A stretch of 64,000 bases of DNA from Octopus sinensis (lineage: Eukaryota): NCBI RefSeq assembly GCF_006345805.1, contig NC_043006.1, positions 85,746,001 through 85,810,000 of the forward strand, given 5' to 3'. This document shows, piece after piece, positions 25,593-40,019 of the stretch (position 1 is its first letter; every line of letters begins with the position of its first letter). A program made the position numbers and the translations under genes. Below the pieces are notes generated by a model. That model was given only the letters and a program-made list of their open reading frames with translations. It made no database searches and was not told where the DNA came from.

Positions 25593-27319
25593 CTGCAAGT
25601 AAAGAAACAAAAGTGGTTTAGGTTGTTGTTGTTGTTGTTATTATTATTATTATTGCTACTGCTGCTGAAGTCGACTTTACCTTTCATCCTTTTGGGGTCG
25701 ATACCAGTCAAGCACAGGTGACAATGTAAACTGCTTACCCTTCCCCCCGAAACTGCTGACCTTGTGCCAAACTTTGAAATTATTATCATCATTACTATTA
25801 TTATAGCAGCAAGCTGGTAAAATCATCAATGCATCAGACAAATAGCATTTCTTCCAGCTCTTTACATCCTGAGCTCAAATCCTGCTGAGGTCAACTTGGT
25901 CTTTCATTCTTTCTTGATATAATATAGCACCATTTAAGTACTGTAGTCAATATAATCAACTTACTGCCTCCCCTTGAAAAGGTCAGCAAGTTTAAATGTT
26001 TGAAGTGGGAGGAGTGGTGGGAGACAGCCCATGACAGTAGTCAGTGGTGGCAGTAATGCAAAAGCTTTTGTCTGCCTTGAAAATTTTGCTTACCAAGGCA
26101 CATTAACTACTACCAACTGTCATCATTACCATCAACAGCATGGTGATTGTGACTCCTATGCCAGCTGCCTGTAATTCTAAGAACATAGGTTTCACCAACA
26201 TAGCACAAGACAAGACAACAGCATGTCATGGATCATACAGGAATCTCACAACAAGGAAGCTTTCCAATGATAACAAATCATGTATTGCAGCTCTGAACAT
26301 GGCTACACAGCTGCAAGAGATTGTAGAGGAAAAGTAGAAGCAGCAGACGTTCTTAAAGCAACAAAGCCTACCATCAGAGCTATAGTCTTCCAGTAAAATT
26401 CAAATGCACATATGAGAAATCATACCTCATGCTTTCCCACCAGACATCTCTGATTCTGAGACTACATCATGCAACAAGGTAAATTACTTGCTCCAAGAAG
26501 TATTTCTTGAGATGAAGAAAAATAAAATAGTACTCCTCCTCATACAAAAGGGCCAGCATAAACTGTAAGCTAACAGTCAGATAGAGAGAGCCGCAGAGAT
26601 CATCTCAATGAACGATACACACCACCACAACAGCTAAACCACAACCACACCACCAAAAGAATGACAACCAAACAAAAAACATCATTTATTAACTTCAACT
26701 TTATGAAGACAATGAATAATACTTTTGGAGGAGGCCTTTCAAGAAGACTAAATTCTTATTCTCCAACCGTAAAATTACTTCTTACTCTTTCCATTTTCTA
26801 ACTAACATGGCTACACTCAGAGTAGGATGTATGAAAGTACATAAAATGGGATTGGCTTTGAAACACTTGTTCAGTGAACTCAGGTCACTAGACAGATATG
26901 GTAGCCAGACTAGCATTTCCAGGAAACACAAACACGCATACATCCCCATCTTCAGCTGTGAGATATGTGCATCTTGTGGTTGACTCGGAATGAGCAGCAA
27001 TGTGGCAGTATTACACTGGAAAAGTTTGAATCTCAGTGCATGGATGAGGAACTTGGACCTAGATGGTAAATTAAGAGCTGATCATGAATAGCAGGCCTTC
27101 AGACTAGTGGCTGTCTTTACTCTGAATGGAACAGGGCAGCAAGATTTCTTTAGGCATCTCTAAGTGTTCTTGGGAATGTCCTGCTCCCTAGTATTCATGT
27201 GAGACTGCAACAAATCTGAGACACATACTGAGATTGTGAGGGGTTAGCCAGTAGGATAGAGAAGTGTAGAAGCCTTGTAAGCCTACTCAAATATTTACCA
27301 CAATCTGATAAGTTCATTC

Positions 27320-27710
27320 TGTGTGTGTGTGCTAGAGTATGTGTGAGAGTGTGCAAGTGTTAGTGTGCACGAGTATGTGTGAGTGTTAGTGTGTTAGAGA
27401 GTGCATATATGTGAGTGTTAGAGAGTGCGGGAGTATGTGTGAATGTTAGAGAGTGCGGGAGTATGTGTGAGCATGCGAGTGCTAAAGAGTTTGTCAGTAT
27501 GCATGAATGTACAAGTGTAAGAGTGTGCGAATGTTAGTGTGCAAGTGTTAGTGCATGAGTGTGCAAATGTTTGAGTGTTAGAGTGTGTGCAGGTATGTGA
27601 GTGCCTGAGTGAGTATGCGAGTTGTGTTCGAGTTTTAGTGTGTGAGTTGTGTTCGAGTTTTAGTGTGAGTGTGTGTGCATGTGAGCAAGTGTGTGAGTGA
27701 GTGAGTGTGT
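27320..27710. repeat. Degenerate GT/GA-rich low-complexity repeat
   Basis: GTGTGAGTGTTAGAGAGTGC-like reiterations. Confidence 0.8.
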
Positions 27711-28558
27711 TTACATTTGCACTCTACAAAGGTCAAGAGCTACAAACATTGTTGTCATTTTTCCTGTCAACAAACCATCCATTGACTGCACCCTTGAAGA
27801 CAGCAACAGGATGGACATTCAGTTGCACTATCACGCCTCGATATGTCAAACCCATTCTTGTATTGAAAAATGGACATAAAAACAAACATCCATAACAACC
27901 CCTTCACCTCTTGGATTAATTTTTCCAAGTCAATCAAAGAACTTCCATGTGGTCACTCAACCACCAAAAAATAGCAACCTAATAGCCCTCAAATCACTGC
28001 TTTATCAGCACAACTGTGCCCACATCTTCAGGAGCTGAGTGGCTGAAAAACAAGTTTGCAAATGACAAAGATGGGGTGATAACATCAAGGACTGGATTGG
28101 AAGGACCCTGGCAAAGTATACAGTTGCAACAAGGGGTAGCAGTGTGTGGCAAGGTTTGGTGGTTGTGTCTGAGGCCCATGATCTTCAGTCATGAGGACAT
28201 AACCAATCAATGAAATTGCTGTCTAAAAAAAAATGGGCACACTGAATAATGTGACCCTGAATTCCCTGTGCATAAAAAATGGTTTAGTCATGAATGAACA
28301 GCCTTTTAATCATAGGTCCACCCAACATTTTTTTCTGATTCCATACTATTTCAGTTGTTATAACTATACTAAACTATCTCTCCTCCTTCACTGGAACTAC
28401 ATCATTCAGCCTGTTTCCTATCCAACTTCTAAACTGAAAACAATTCAAATTGAGAAGTAACTGCTTAGCCTCACTCATTCATCCTTAATCTCTGCTCCCA
28501 CCCTTCCATTCCAGAGGAACTTGAAAAATTTTAGACTAATTAGAAGAAATACCATTAC

Positions 28559-28675
28559 CTGTCTTGTAAGGCTGCCACCTAAGTTCATTGTTCCAGAACT
28601 TTCCTTTGTAGTCAACAACCACAACATCACTGTAGAAGTTAACTTATAATGTGCTGTCTTCCCACTTGATTTTTC
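28559..28675 (-). CDS. CAPZB: CAPZB exon ([39 protein letters not shown])
   Basis: 117 nt, TAG acceptor and GTAATG donor, conserved peptide. Confidence 0.96.
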
Positions 28676-29124
28676 CTACAAGATCATGGCAATAAAAGAA
28701 AATTAATAGAGATAAGTTGTCAAATCAAAGTTAACATATGAAATTGCACAAACAATGCAAAATAAGACAAAAACGGACATTAGCTCATATTTTACAATTA
28801 TATCTAAATTATTCTGTATCACTGTCTATTTAAAATATTTGAAGTGAGAAAATTGCTTTTACAATGAATATTGATATATGCATATGGAACTGATATTTAA
28901 ATAGTTTGAAATATCTGCCCCCCCCCCACACACACACACAGAGGGTATTGAAATAATTAGTTCTGTTTTAACCATTGAATCAAAGTAGGAACAGAACATG
29001 CTTTCTCTTTAATCAGGAATGTTGGATGATGCAGTTACATTCCTTTCTCACAGGAACACAAGGACTGTACAAAGATCAGAGGTTTATGTCTGTTGTTGTA
29101 TGCAGGTCATTTCTCACTCATTCG

Positions 29125-29167
<43 letters not shown>

Positions 29168-29456
29168 AGTAGAATTGTGAAAAAAAGAAATGGTTATGGT
29201 GAAAGAGTGGTGAGAGAAGTAATGTTTCCAGTCTGTAATATCTAGCAAGTTTACTGGAATTCTTTTATTCTTTTACTTGTTTCAGTCATTTGACTGCAGC
29301 CATGCTGGAGCACTGCCTTGAAAAATTGACCCCAAGACTTTTTTTTAAAGCCTAGTACTTATTCTATCAGGCTCTTTTGCTGAACCACTAAGTTACAGGG
29401 ATGTAACCACACTAGCACCAGTTGTCAAGCAGTGAAGGACACAGACACACACACAC

Positions 29457-29505
<49 letters not shown>

Positions 29506-29649
29506 CGGAGATGTACTCGCATAGCAAGTAATTTGATCTGAGATCGTGTGCTGAAACGAAAACAATTGCAGCGTGGAAGGTGTTTATAAGCCATTTAAGA
29601 AACACACAAAAGCCGTTCGATTCACTTCAACATTTAAGTTTAAGTTTAA

Positions 29650-29699
29650 TTTGTCAAAATATTTTCGTCGCTAAAATCCGCGACCTGTTCACTGACAAA
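29650..29699 (-). ncRNA. Minimal type I hammerhead ribozyme-like motif, G3:C8 variant (sense to CAPZB pre-mRNA)
   Basis: Exact reverse complement of 31287-31336. Confidence 0.65.
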
Positions 29700-31286
29700 G
29701 TCCGTGCTGCATCTAAGAAAGTAACAGTTAGTTCGTCATATATATGTACGTGTGTATGTATGCATACATGTGTGTATGTATGTACATATGCATGTACGTA
29801 CATACGCCTGTGTATGCATGTATGTATGTATTTATGTATGTGTGTGTATATGCACGCACATACACTCTATAAAACATAAAGCTAAAACCTGTAGCGATGG
29901 ATGGATGTAGAGTGACCACTCATCACAAAGCTATCAAATTTCAACTTCCTACAGCCGAAGCTAGAAAGTGATTTATGACACTTACTCCCAAAACTATACC
30001 CTAAAATCTATTATCAGATCTTTATCTCTATATCACAGAACTAATGTTTTACTATTGTGCGTATGTATGTATGTATGTGCGTATGTATGTATGTATGTGT
30101 GTATGTACATACGTACGCATGTGCGTATGTATGTATACGCGCTCGTATGCATGGGCCCATGTATGTGTGTGCGTACATGTACGTATGTATGTATGTTTGT
30201 ATTCATGTGCTACGTATGTATGTGAGTGTCTAGGAGAATGGGCAGACGTGTCAGTGTGTACATGTGTATGTGTATGTGAACGTATGTCCGTGTACTGGCG
30301 TATGTCCGTGTACTGGCATGTGTCCAAACAGCTTCTGTGACCTGTTTGTATACAAGAATACAAACCTACTCTCAACCAAAAGTCCGAATGGAGTAACATC
30401 CAGATCCCATTCAGAAGGACTATTCTATAACCACCCCTCTCTCTCTCTCTCTCCCTTTTGTGGTTGCAGTGCGTATGTGCAGTTATATACAACGGTATAA
30501 ACGGACGTTGTTTGATACGTACAGCTGCACTTGGGCGTTGTATCCATTCACGGTTAGACGATGATGAGAGGAACAAACACACACCCACACATATATATAT
30601 ATATATGTGTGTGCGTCTATACAAACATATATGTGAATATGTATACAACCTTCAGCAAAGTAACAGTCATGTACACAACTTGGACGGACACATGCCAGTA
30701 CACGGACATACGTTCACATACACATACACATGTACACACTGACACGTCTGCCCATTCTCCTAGACACTCACATACATACGTAGCACATGAATACAAACCT
30801 ACGTACATGTACGCACACACATACATGGGCACATGCATACGAGCGCGTATACATACATACGCACATGCGTACGTATGTACATACACACACACATACATAC
30901 ATACGCACATACATACATACGCACAATAGTAAAACATTAGTTCTGTGATATAGAGATAAAGATCTGATAATAGATTTTAGGGTATAGTTTTGGGAGTAAG
31001 TGTCATAAATCACTTTCTAGCTTCGGCTGTAGGAAGTTGAAATTTGATAGCTTTGTGATGAGTGGTCACTCTACATCCATCCATCGCTACAGGTTTATAG
31101 CTTTATGTTTTATAGAGTGTATGTGCGTGCATATACACACACATACATAAATACATACATGCATACACAGGCGTATGTACGTACATGCATATGTACATAC
31201 ATACACACATGTATGCATACATACACACATACACACGTACATATATATGACGAACTAACTGTTACTTTCTTAGATGCAGCACGGAC

Positions 31287-31336
31287 TTTGTCAGTGAACA
31301 GGTCGCGGATTTTAGCGACGAAAATATTTTGACAAA
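31287..31336 (+). ncRNA. Minimal type I hammerhead ribozyme-like motif, G3:C8 variant
   Basis: TTTGTCA-GTGAACA-G-GTCGC-ggatttta-GCGAC-GAAA-ATAT-TT-TGACAAA: 7-bp stem I, 5-bp stem II, palindromic AATATT stem III. Confidence 0.65.
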
Positions 31337-31417
31337 TTAAACTTAAATGTTGAAGTGAATCGAACGGCTTTTGTGTGTTTCTTAAATGGCTTATAAACAC
31401 CTTCCACGCTGCAATTG

Positions 31418-31458
<41 letters not shown>

Positions 31459-33119
31459 CATACATACACACTTCTTTCAGTTTTTGTCTACTAAATCCAC
31501 TTACAAGGCTTTGGTTGGCCTGAGGCTATAGTAGAAGACACTTGCCCAAGGCACTACACAGCCACGCCTCCACCTATAGTAATGTAGTAATAGTATCCAT
31601 AATCACCAATAAGCCTTCCTAATTTTAGCACAAGGCCAGCAGCAATTTTATAAGTGGGGAAATTGATTATATCAACTCCAGTACTTGACTGGTATTTTAC
31701 TTTCAGACAAAAAAAAAAGGCTGCTTAACATTTTATACAACATAAAAATGATTCTGTCAGTTTGCTACCCGAATAATAATGACAATAATAATCATATTGG
31801 TTTCAAATTTTGAAACAAAACCAACAATTCAAGGAAGTGGGTAAGTCAATTACATCAACCCCAGTGCTCAACTGGTACAATGTCGACCTCAGTGGAATTT
31901 GAACTCAGGACATACAGACGAGATGTCACTAAGCATTTTGCTGTGCATGCTTACAATTCTGCCAGCTCACCACTTTAATGATAATAATGCTATTGCATAT
32001 CTTGAGAAACAGACATTTCCCCAGTAAAAAAACTCAACTGTGAATATATTCAGCCTGCCTGTTCAGAGTTGCTAAATATAACTGAAGTTTTAATTTCTAA
32101 ACATTTTACATGTTATTTTGCTCATATAATGACCTTTCTGTTTCAAAAATTACCTACAAAATTGCAACAGTCTCATAATTCCATAATATACTAATTTATT
32201 CTGTCAATCTAGTAACTGAAAAATAAATAGGTTTTTTAAAAAAAGAATTTGAACCTCTTACTTCACAAAGGAACACTGATACAAAAGAGGCTCTGGAATG
32301 ATTGTATATGATGGTAGAAAAATACAATCAATATACAGACAATACTAACTCTACTGATTATATAAAGTTATACTACAAATAGGCCCCCAAAACAAAGAAT
32401 ATAAAAAAAAAGAAAACAAAAAGTATGAAGAACCACAAGTCAGAGAGAGAAACATTGTTTCTGTAATCTTTATATATTAAAGCACAAAATCAGCTCTCAT
32501 GATTACAGTTCATTTTTTCATGACATGTAAAAGTTCACAATAGAATATTAAGTTATTTTCAAACACATTCAAACAAGAAAAGCTTTATAAGTATTAAATA
32601 AATATTCTAAGAATATAGTATTTTGGTTTATTTTAGTACTGGTTTACTAATTTTCATGATAATTCCTGATATAATTTCAGAACACAATCAAGAAATATTT
32701 GAACAAATAAAATATAGAAAAATCGACACTGACCACTTGGAATGTCTTCTACATAAAACTTGACAAATTCCTACAAATCCTTTCTTTCTAACCCTTCCTT
32801 TAGGAAAGGCTGGAAGGAAACCATTATTGCTATATCATATACATGTGCTATTGCTGGTGTCACGGAAAAAAAAAAAGGGGGGGTATACACTCTGAATTGG
32901 TTGGTGTGAGGGCATCAAAGTGTAGAAACCAAACAAGAAATGAAACCCTATCAAGAAGGGGTTAAAGAGAGTAGTACCCATCTATTTATACAGACCCTGA
33001 CTATAATGACTGATCCAACCCATGCCAGCATGGAAAGTGGACAAAACAAGGATACATATACACACTCACACCAAAAAATAATTTAATAAATGAACTAAAG
33101 CTTATAATAGTCTATATCA

Positions 33120-33308
<189 letters not shown>

Positions 33309-35723
33309 TTATAATCAAGAAAAGATGTTTAAGTATATACTGAGGTGTGAATGGAATTTTATTGAATGTATTTGCAGATTACAGGTATAGTCATTTCTGC
33401 GTAGTTAAAAAATTTGCTTCTTATGGTTTTGGGTTCAGCACCACTGCGTTATACCTTGGAAAGATATCTTCTACTGTAGCCCCAGGCTAACCAAAACCTT
33501 GTGACTAGAGTTGATCAACAGAAACTGAAAGAAGCCCATCATGTGTATATAAATGTATGTGTAACTGTGTGTGTGCACACATGTGCACGCATGTATGTAT
33601 GTACACATGTCTCCTTATATTGTCATCGCAAAATAACTGTAAATGAATGCCACTATCACACAAACAGTGTCATTCATTTCCAATTTTCTGAGAAAACATG
33701 CTTCATCCATGCAAACACAAAGTGAAAGTTGAAACAATTATGATTTCTGCCTATAAGCAAGGGTTGATATGAACAAAATAACTTTTCCTGGTTATGTTCC
33801 TCTACATCCGAGTCAACTTTGCTTTCTCACTTACAAGGCCAGTAAAATAAGTACTACTTGATTGAAAACCTTTCTAAACAGTAGTTGCAGTACAGTTGCT
33901 GTTCTCTAAACCAGTAAAACAATAAGATAAGTGAAATAATCAGCAGCCTTATAAACATGTCAGAGGAAAATAACTTGGCTGGTGAAAAGAGGACACAAAA
34001 TAAGAGAATTTGAACTTTAAAAATTGAAATTCTTACAAGAGATATGAAGGAAAACACAAGACATGATAGATATAGAAATATTGAAGACTCATTGTTGTTT
34101 TATCAATTGATTGAGAACCAAATAAGTTTAAATCAATTCTAAACACTTTCAATCTGAATATATTTTCTCAGGATTCAGCTAGTTGTTATTTCAGTCAACC
34201 CTGATTGAGTAGACTTATGATTAAGAGCAATCTATTTGTGACCATTTCAAATTTTTAAGACTAACTAGGTCCATCTTAATGAATGCGTTTCTTTCATAAG
34301 TTAGAGCAAAATCTAAAGAATTGGCAGTTATTTCTAGTAGATGAGTTTACAACAGAGTCGCCTTCACATTGGTTTAGGCAGATGAAACTACTGAAATGCA
34401 ATTACTAACTCTACACCACATTAATTGTTGTAGGAAGTAACAGGAAAAGAAACTAAGCCAAGGTCAACTATGCACCAAGCCTTTCTCTGTTGAAAGATTT
34501 ATGCTGAAACAGTGTTGCCAATGTAAGAATGTCCAAGAATATAGACTTCATTGTTAGTAAGAATGTGGCAGTAAATTACAAGATACAACTAGTCCCTAAA
34601 TAAGTCTTAGTAAAAATATAAAAACGTTAAGAAGCTTTTCGTTAAACATTTGAGTTCTAGGCTTGGATATCCAATGTTCTCACGTACACATCTACAGAAG
34701 AAGTAATTTTATTTATAGTGTTTCCAAAAACTTAGACAATAATGCCAAGACATTCGAGAATGAAGTAGAATGTGTTTTTCTTTATCTTTCAATAGCTTCC
34801 TCTTCTCCATTCTCAAAATTATACCAAACAAATTATATATATTGAATAAAATCTTACTCTGTTGTGAAATCAGCATGTAAAAAATAAAATGAACCATTTA
34901 GCATTCAGAATACTCTCTCAAATGTAATGCTTGTTTATTCATATTGTTTTGAATTAATCAGGCATTATCTTGTAGCTTCAAAATCTTGATGTGACTATTT
35001 TTTACAATAACATTGTAGGGTATGTATGAGAAGACAAATCTGGAGAGTTTAAATGCTGAAGGGTTAAACAAAATTACAAACCAATGAACAAACATCAAAA
35101 AAATTGGGGTTTTCTGAAAATAAATCACAAAAAAACTTTCATTTGTTTTTTAATCAAAGATGATTAAGTCAATTACTAAGTTAATAAAACTGGATTTCGA
35201 AAAATCAATTGTATTTCCAAATATAGCTGACATTAATTAACTCTTAATTTTACTCTATAATACCACATAGAAGCATGCATGGCTAGGTGCTTAAGAAGCT
35301 TGCTTCTCAACTATGTGGTTCAGGCTCACTGAGCAAGTGTCTTCAACTAGAACCATAGACCAACCAAAGCCTTGCGAGTAGTTTTGGTAGACAGAAACTA
35401 GAAGTAGTGTGTGTGTGTGTGTGTGTACACACACACCTTTGCCTTGACATCACATGAAAATTGAATATGAGCATCACCAACAAGCAATGTTGTTCATTTC
35501 CACTCTTCCATGAAAAAAGTGTCTGGCCATGGGGAAATATTACCATATGGCCTTTCCTGGAAACAAGTGAGGGTTGGTAACGGGAAGTGTGTGTGTACAC
35601 ATCTCTTTAATGTCCAGTTTTCACTATTTGCATGGGTCAAATGGGATTTCTGTCAACTCTCATGTTTCCAAGGTGTTTTTGAGAGATGCTTTCATGGGAA
35701 TGAATAACACACACACACACACA

Positions 35724-35763
<40 letters not shown>

Positions 35764-38700
35764 CTTCGTTCAGTTTACATCTGGCAAGTCCATTTACAAG
35801 GCTTTTGGTTGGCCCAAGGTACCACAAAGTGGGCCTCAAACTGAAACCATGTGGTTGGAACGCAAACTATTCAACCACACAGTCGCACTTACATATAGAT
35901 ACACAGGATAGATATGGAAGTGGCTGTCTGGTTAAGAAGCTTGCTTCCCAGTCATGTGGTCTCAGGTTCAGTCCCACAGCATAATACCTTGGGTAATTGT
36001 CTTCCAGTATAGCTTCAGGCCAACCAGATCTTGCACAGTTGATTTGGTAGTCAGAAACTGAAAGTAGTCTATCCCATATATGTGTGTTTGTGCATACCCT
36101 TATCTTTGTTCATTTCTAGTCTTCTGTAAAAAATATGTCTGGCAGTAGGGAAATATTTCTTTGCTTGGAAACAAGTGACGGTTGATAACAGGAAAGGCAT
36201 TCAGCCAGAGAAAATCTGCCTCAACAAATTCTGTCTGACTCATACAAACATGGATATAAGTGAACTTTAAAATGATGAGGACGGTATATGTATATAATCA
36301 CTAATGGGCTAGCAAGCTCTCTCATAAATTTAAAAAGGGAGGAGGAGAAAAACAGATTATTCAGTAAATATATTTAAGAGTTTAATCTTTAAAATGTAAA
36401 TAATGTTATCAGAAACCAGAGGACCAAGCACTAGATAAAAAGGAACACATGTTCAACATACCTGATGACATATTACATACTGTTGAAGACTGAAACTACA
36501 TTTAGCTGAGACTGAATCATTTGTTCCAAAGGGAATTAGGAAAATGTCAATGGATAGAAAATATGGTGAATGAGTCAAGTAATGCTGATAAGATTAGAAG
36601 AAAATTCCTTGAGAATAAAGAAAAAAACAGCTAAATCTCCACCAACTGACAATAGAGGAATATCGGAAAAGTAAAGGAGGTGTGGCTGTGTGAGAAGAAG
36701 CTTATCTCCCAACAAGATGGTTCTGGGTTCAGTCCTACTGTGTGACACCTTGGGCAAGTGTCTTCTATAGCCTTGGGCCAATCAAAGCCTTATGAGTAGA
36801 TTTGGTAGACAGAAACTGAAAAAATGTGCGTGTCTCTTTGTTAGTCCACCACCACCACTTGACAACTGGTGTTGGTGTTTTACACTCCATAACTTAGCTG
36901 TTTGGCAAAAGGAATTGATAGAATAAGTATCAGGACCTGTCTTAAACATCCTGCAAAAGGCTATATGCGCTACCTTTCTCTAAGTTAGCCGTAAAACAAA
37001 ATTTACAGAAATAAACGGAATCAATCTTTGAAAGAAACAAAAAGACAGAAAAAATCAGAACCAGATAAACAACTACAATATATATGAGCAAGGAGTGGAT
37101 ATGTTTGCAGAACAACACATCTTTCTCTGCTCTTATACATTGCTGTTTCATGTGTATGGGAGAGCTAATTAGCTATAATCTGAACGAACTATCCTATTTC
37201 AACCCTTCGTGGCTTACTTCTTTGGAGATTTCATTAGTGTTACAAACACTCCAAACAGGTAGGTCTACTCTTATATAGGGAACCTAACTTTAAACAACCA
37301 ATTCACCTTAATATCACTTGTTTTACCCATCTAAGTGAACAACAATGAACAGGCTTGGCCCACTTACAGCCGCATCAATATAAGTTCATTGTTAGTCAAC
37401 CTGAAATAAAGCCACACCACTTCTGCCCTAGCCTTTAAGGACATATTCATATACATTTAAGGACATATTCAAAACTTTAACCAGAACATCATTCTTGAAG
37501 ATCTTAATGGGAATGATTCAAATAGAAGAAAGTAATGCAACATCTATATTGAATAAACTAAACTTTAGTATAAATTACCATTTATCCTCATCGTCATCAT
37601 CATCGTCGTTTAGCGTCCGTTTTCCATGCTAGCATGGGTTGGACGGTTCTACTGGGGTCTGTGAAGCCAGAAGGCTTCATCAGGCCCAGTCAAATCTGGC
37701 AGTGTTTCTACGGCTTGATGCCCTTCCTAACGCCATCCTATAGTTCCAAAATATTTAGGAGACTGTAGATGAAATTTAATTCCTTTATTTCCAAATATGG
37801 AAACTTAATTTCTTTATACCCACATATGAAAATGTAACCTTTTGACTATGCATGGCCAACAGCTGGTCTTCCATAGACAACCTTGCCCTGACTTGTACCT
37901 CAGGTGGTAATTTTCTAGGTGCAATCCCATGGTCATTACCCTTCATATATATAGTCATTACTGGTATCAGATTGCACCTATCTGTTTATATTAATTTTTC
38001 CTTTCCTGTTTATATTTCCTTTTTATTAACTTTTCCATTGTGCCTAGCTATTTACATTAATTGTATGTATGCATGCACTTGTGTCTCATTATCTTGACAC
38101 CGTGTAATAGTTGTAAATGAGCATCAACATCATAGAAGCAGTGTCCATTTCCAATCTTCTATGAAAATATATATGACCATGGGGAAATACTACTTCACTT
38201 GGAAGCAGGTGAAGGCTGGCAACAGGAAGGGCATTCAGCCATAGAAAGTCTGCTTCAGTTCCCAGCTGGCTCATGTACTCGCAGTAAAACTTTCAAAATT
38301 ACTGTCATAAAAGGGAGCATGGCTATCTGATTAAAAAGTTCACTTTGGAAGTGCATGGTTTTGGTTTCAATCCCATTGAGAGGTATCTTAGAAAAGTGTC
38401 TTCTGCTATAGCCTTGGAGTAAAGTTTGGTAGATGGCAACAGCATAGAATCCCATAGTATGCATGTGTATGTGTTTACATTGTTTACAAACTAGTATTCT
38501 GTACCTTAGCAGTTCAGCAAAGGACAGATAAATAAGTGCTACACCTGAAAATAAGTCCTGAAGTCAATATGATCAACGCCTTAAGGTGGCTCATAAATAT
38601 GATTGCAGCTCAATGACTGAAACCAATAAAAAAGAGTAAAAGATTATATTTATGTGTAGGAAACAATGAATTCACGTAGTTCTTAACTGTGCAGAGATGT

Positions 38701-39137
38701 ACCTAAAATTTCTTATAGTAGCGTAATCTGCAGTAAGAGATATAGGGGCTATAACAACAAACCAGTCAGTTGTTGCATTTTCAAAGCTTCAAAAAGAAAT
38801 TTAAAAAATAAAATTGATAAATTACATGCACTGTTAGTTGTTACAAGTTATAATTCTTTCTACTATAGGAGCAAGGCCTAAAGTCTGCAGAGAGGGGCCT
38901 AATGGATTACATCAACCCCAGTACTCAACTGGTACATATTTTACTGACCCCGAAAGAATAGAAAGCAAAGCTGACCTCGGTGAAATATGAACTCAGAATG
39001 TAAAGACAAACAAAAATCAGCTGAGCAATTTTGTCCAACATGCTAATGATTCTGTTAGCTCACAGCCTTACAAAGTTATAATACTATTGTGCATCTATTA
39101 CATAACTGAAACCAATGAAGGGAAGTGAGTAACTTAC

Positions 39138-39251
39138 ATTTCTCTATATTGATCAAAAGCAGCATTAGCTTTTATTTCTAGCTTTCTCAATCGATCTGAT
39201 GGTAAAGTACCATCATCCAATGGTGGGTCATACATATTGCTCCAAGGTGAC
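39138..39251 (-). CDS. CAPZB: CAPZB exon ([38 protein letters not shown])
   Basis: 114 nt, CAG acceptor and GTAAGT donor, phase 2/2. Confidence 0.97.
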
Positions 39252-39544
39252 CTGCAATTTACACAAGCATATCACTACATTCATAACATAATACATATAC
39301 ATACATAATGTATAATACAAATACATATATAATAGGCAGGAATTCTAAACAAATATACTAGACATAGAAGTATAGTAGGATTAATTATAGGCTAAAAGAG
39401 AAGATAAACTTTATTTGCAACTAGTGCACAAGAGTTGCAAAATAGAGATGGAAATTATATTTTTATACAGGTATGTAACACTAGGCATAAATATATATAT
39501 AGATATATATATATACAGCTAGATATGGAAATAATTTATTCTCA

Positions 39545-40018
39545 AATGCAGAATAATGCTGAACGGCATGAATAGGATAAATAATCCTTATATTGCAGGA
39601 AAATTTGTCAGCAACCAGCCATGAGACATGAAATCCCATGTGTGATTACCTGTCAAGTGCTTTACCATTAAGCTAAACTGCCCACAGACAAATTTTTCTG
39701 CAATTTTTGAACTTATAAATTTAGCTTCATATAGATGCTGTATGTGAAATTCAAATTACGATATAGGTAAACAAACAAGTTTGCTTTGTAACAAGCTTTG
39801 AGATGTATTGAAATATACAGATATGGAAATATTTTATTTTCAAATACAGAATAATGCTGAACAGCATGAAGAGGATAAATAATCCTTATATTGCAGAAAA
39901 ATTTGTAGGTGGTCAGCCATGAAACACTAACACACATCTGTGAATACCAGTCAAGTTCTTTACCATTAAGCGAAACTGCCCATTAACAAATTTTCTGCAA
40001 TTTTTGAACTTATAAATT
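39545..40018. repeat. Diverged ~190-bp direct duplication
   Basis: CAGAATAATGCTGAAC...CAATTTTTGAACTTATAAATTT at ~39549-39721 and ~39847-40019. Confidence 0.75.
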
Positions 40019-40019
40019 T

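Larger units (their letters stand above)
29502..31419. mobile_element. Non-coding fold-back element, Penelope-like: ~750-bp inverted arms (29561-30326 / 30686-31419), flanked by (TA)n
   Basis: The arms are reverse complements apart from microsatellite length changes. Each carries a hammerhead-like motif. A degraded related end lies at ~51580-51700. Confidence 0.75.

Noticed and set aside
26050-27280. Possible old retroelement coding remnants here and at ~45050-45880
   Set aside because: The composition suggests decayed coding DNA, but I could not read diagnostic motifs.
29580-31469. Many C/V/Y/M- and H/T-rich ORFs
   Set aside because: They are translations of (TATG)n/(CA)n microsatellites.
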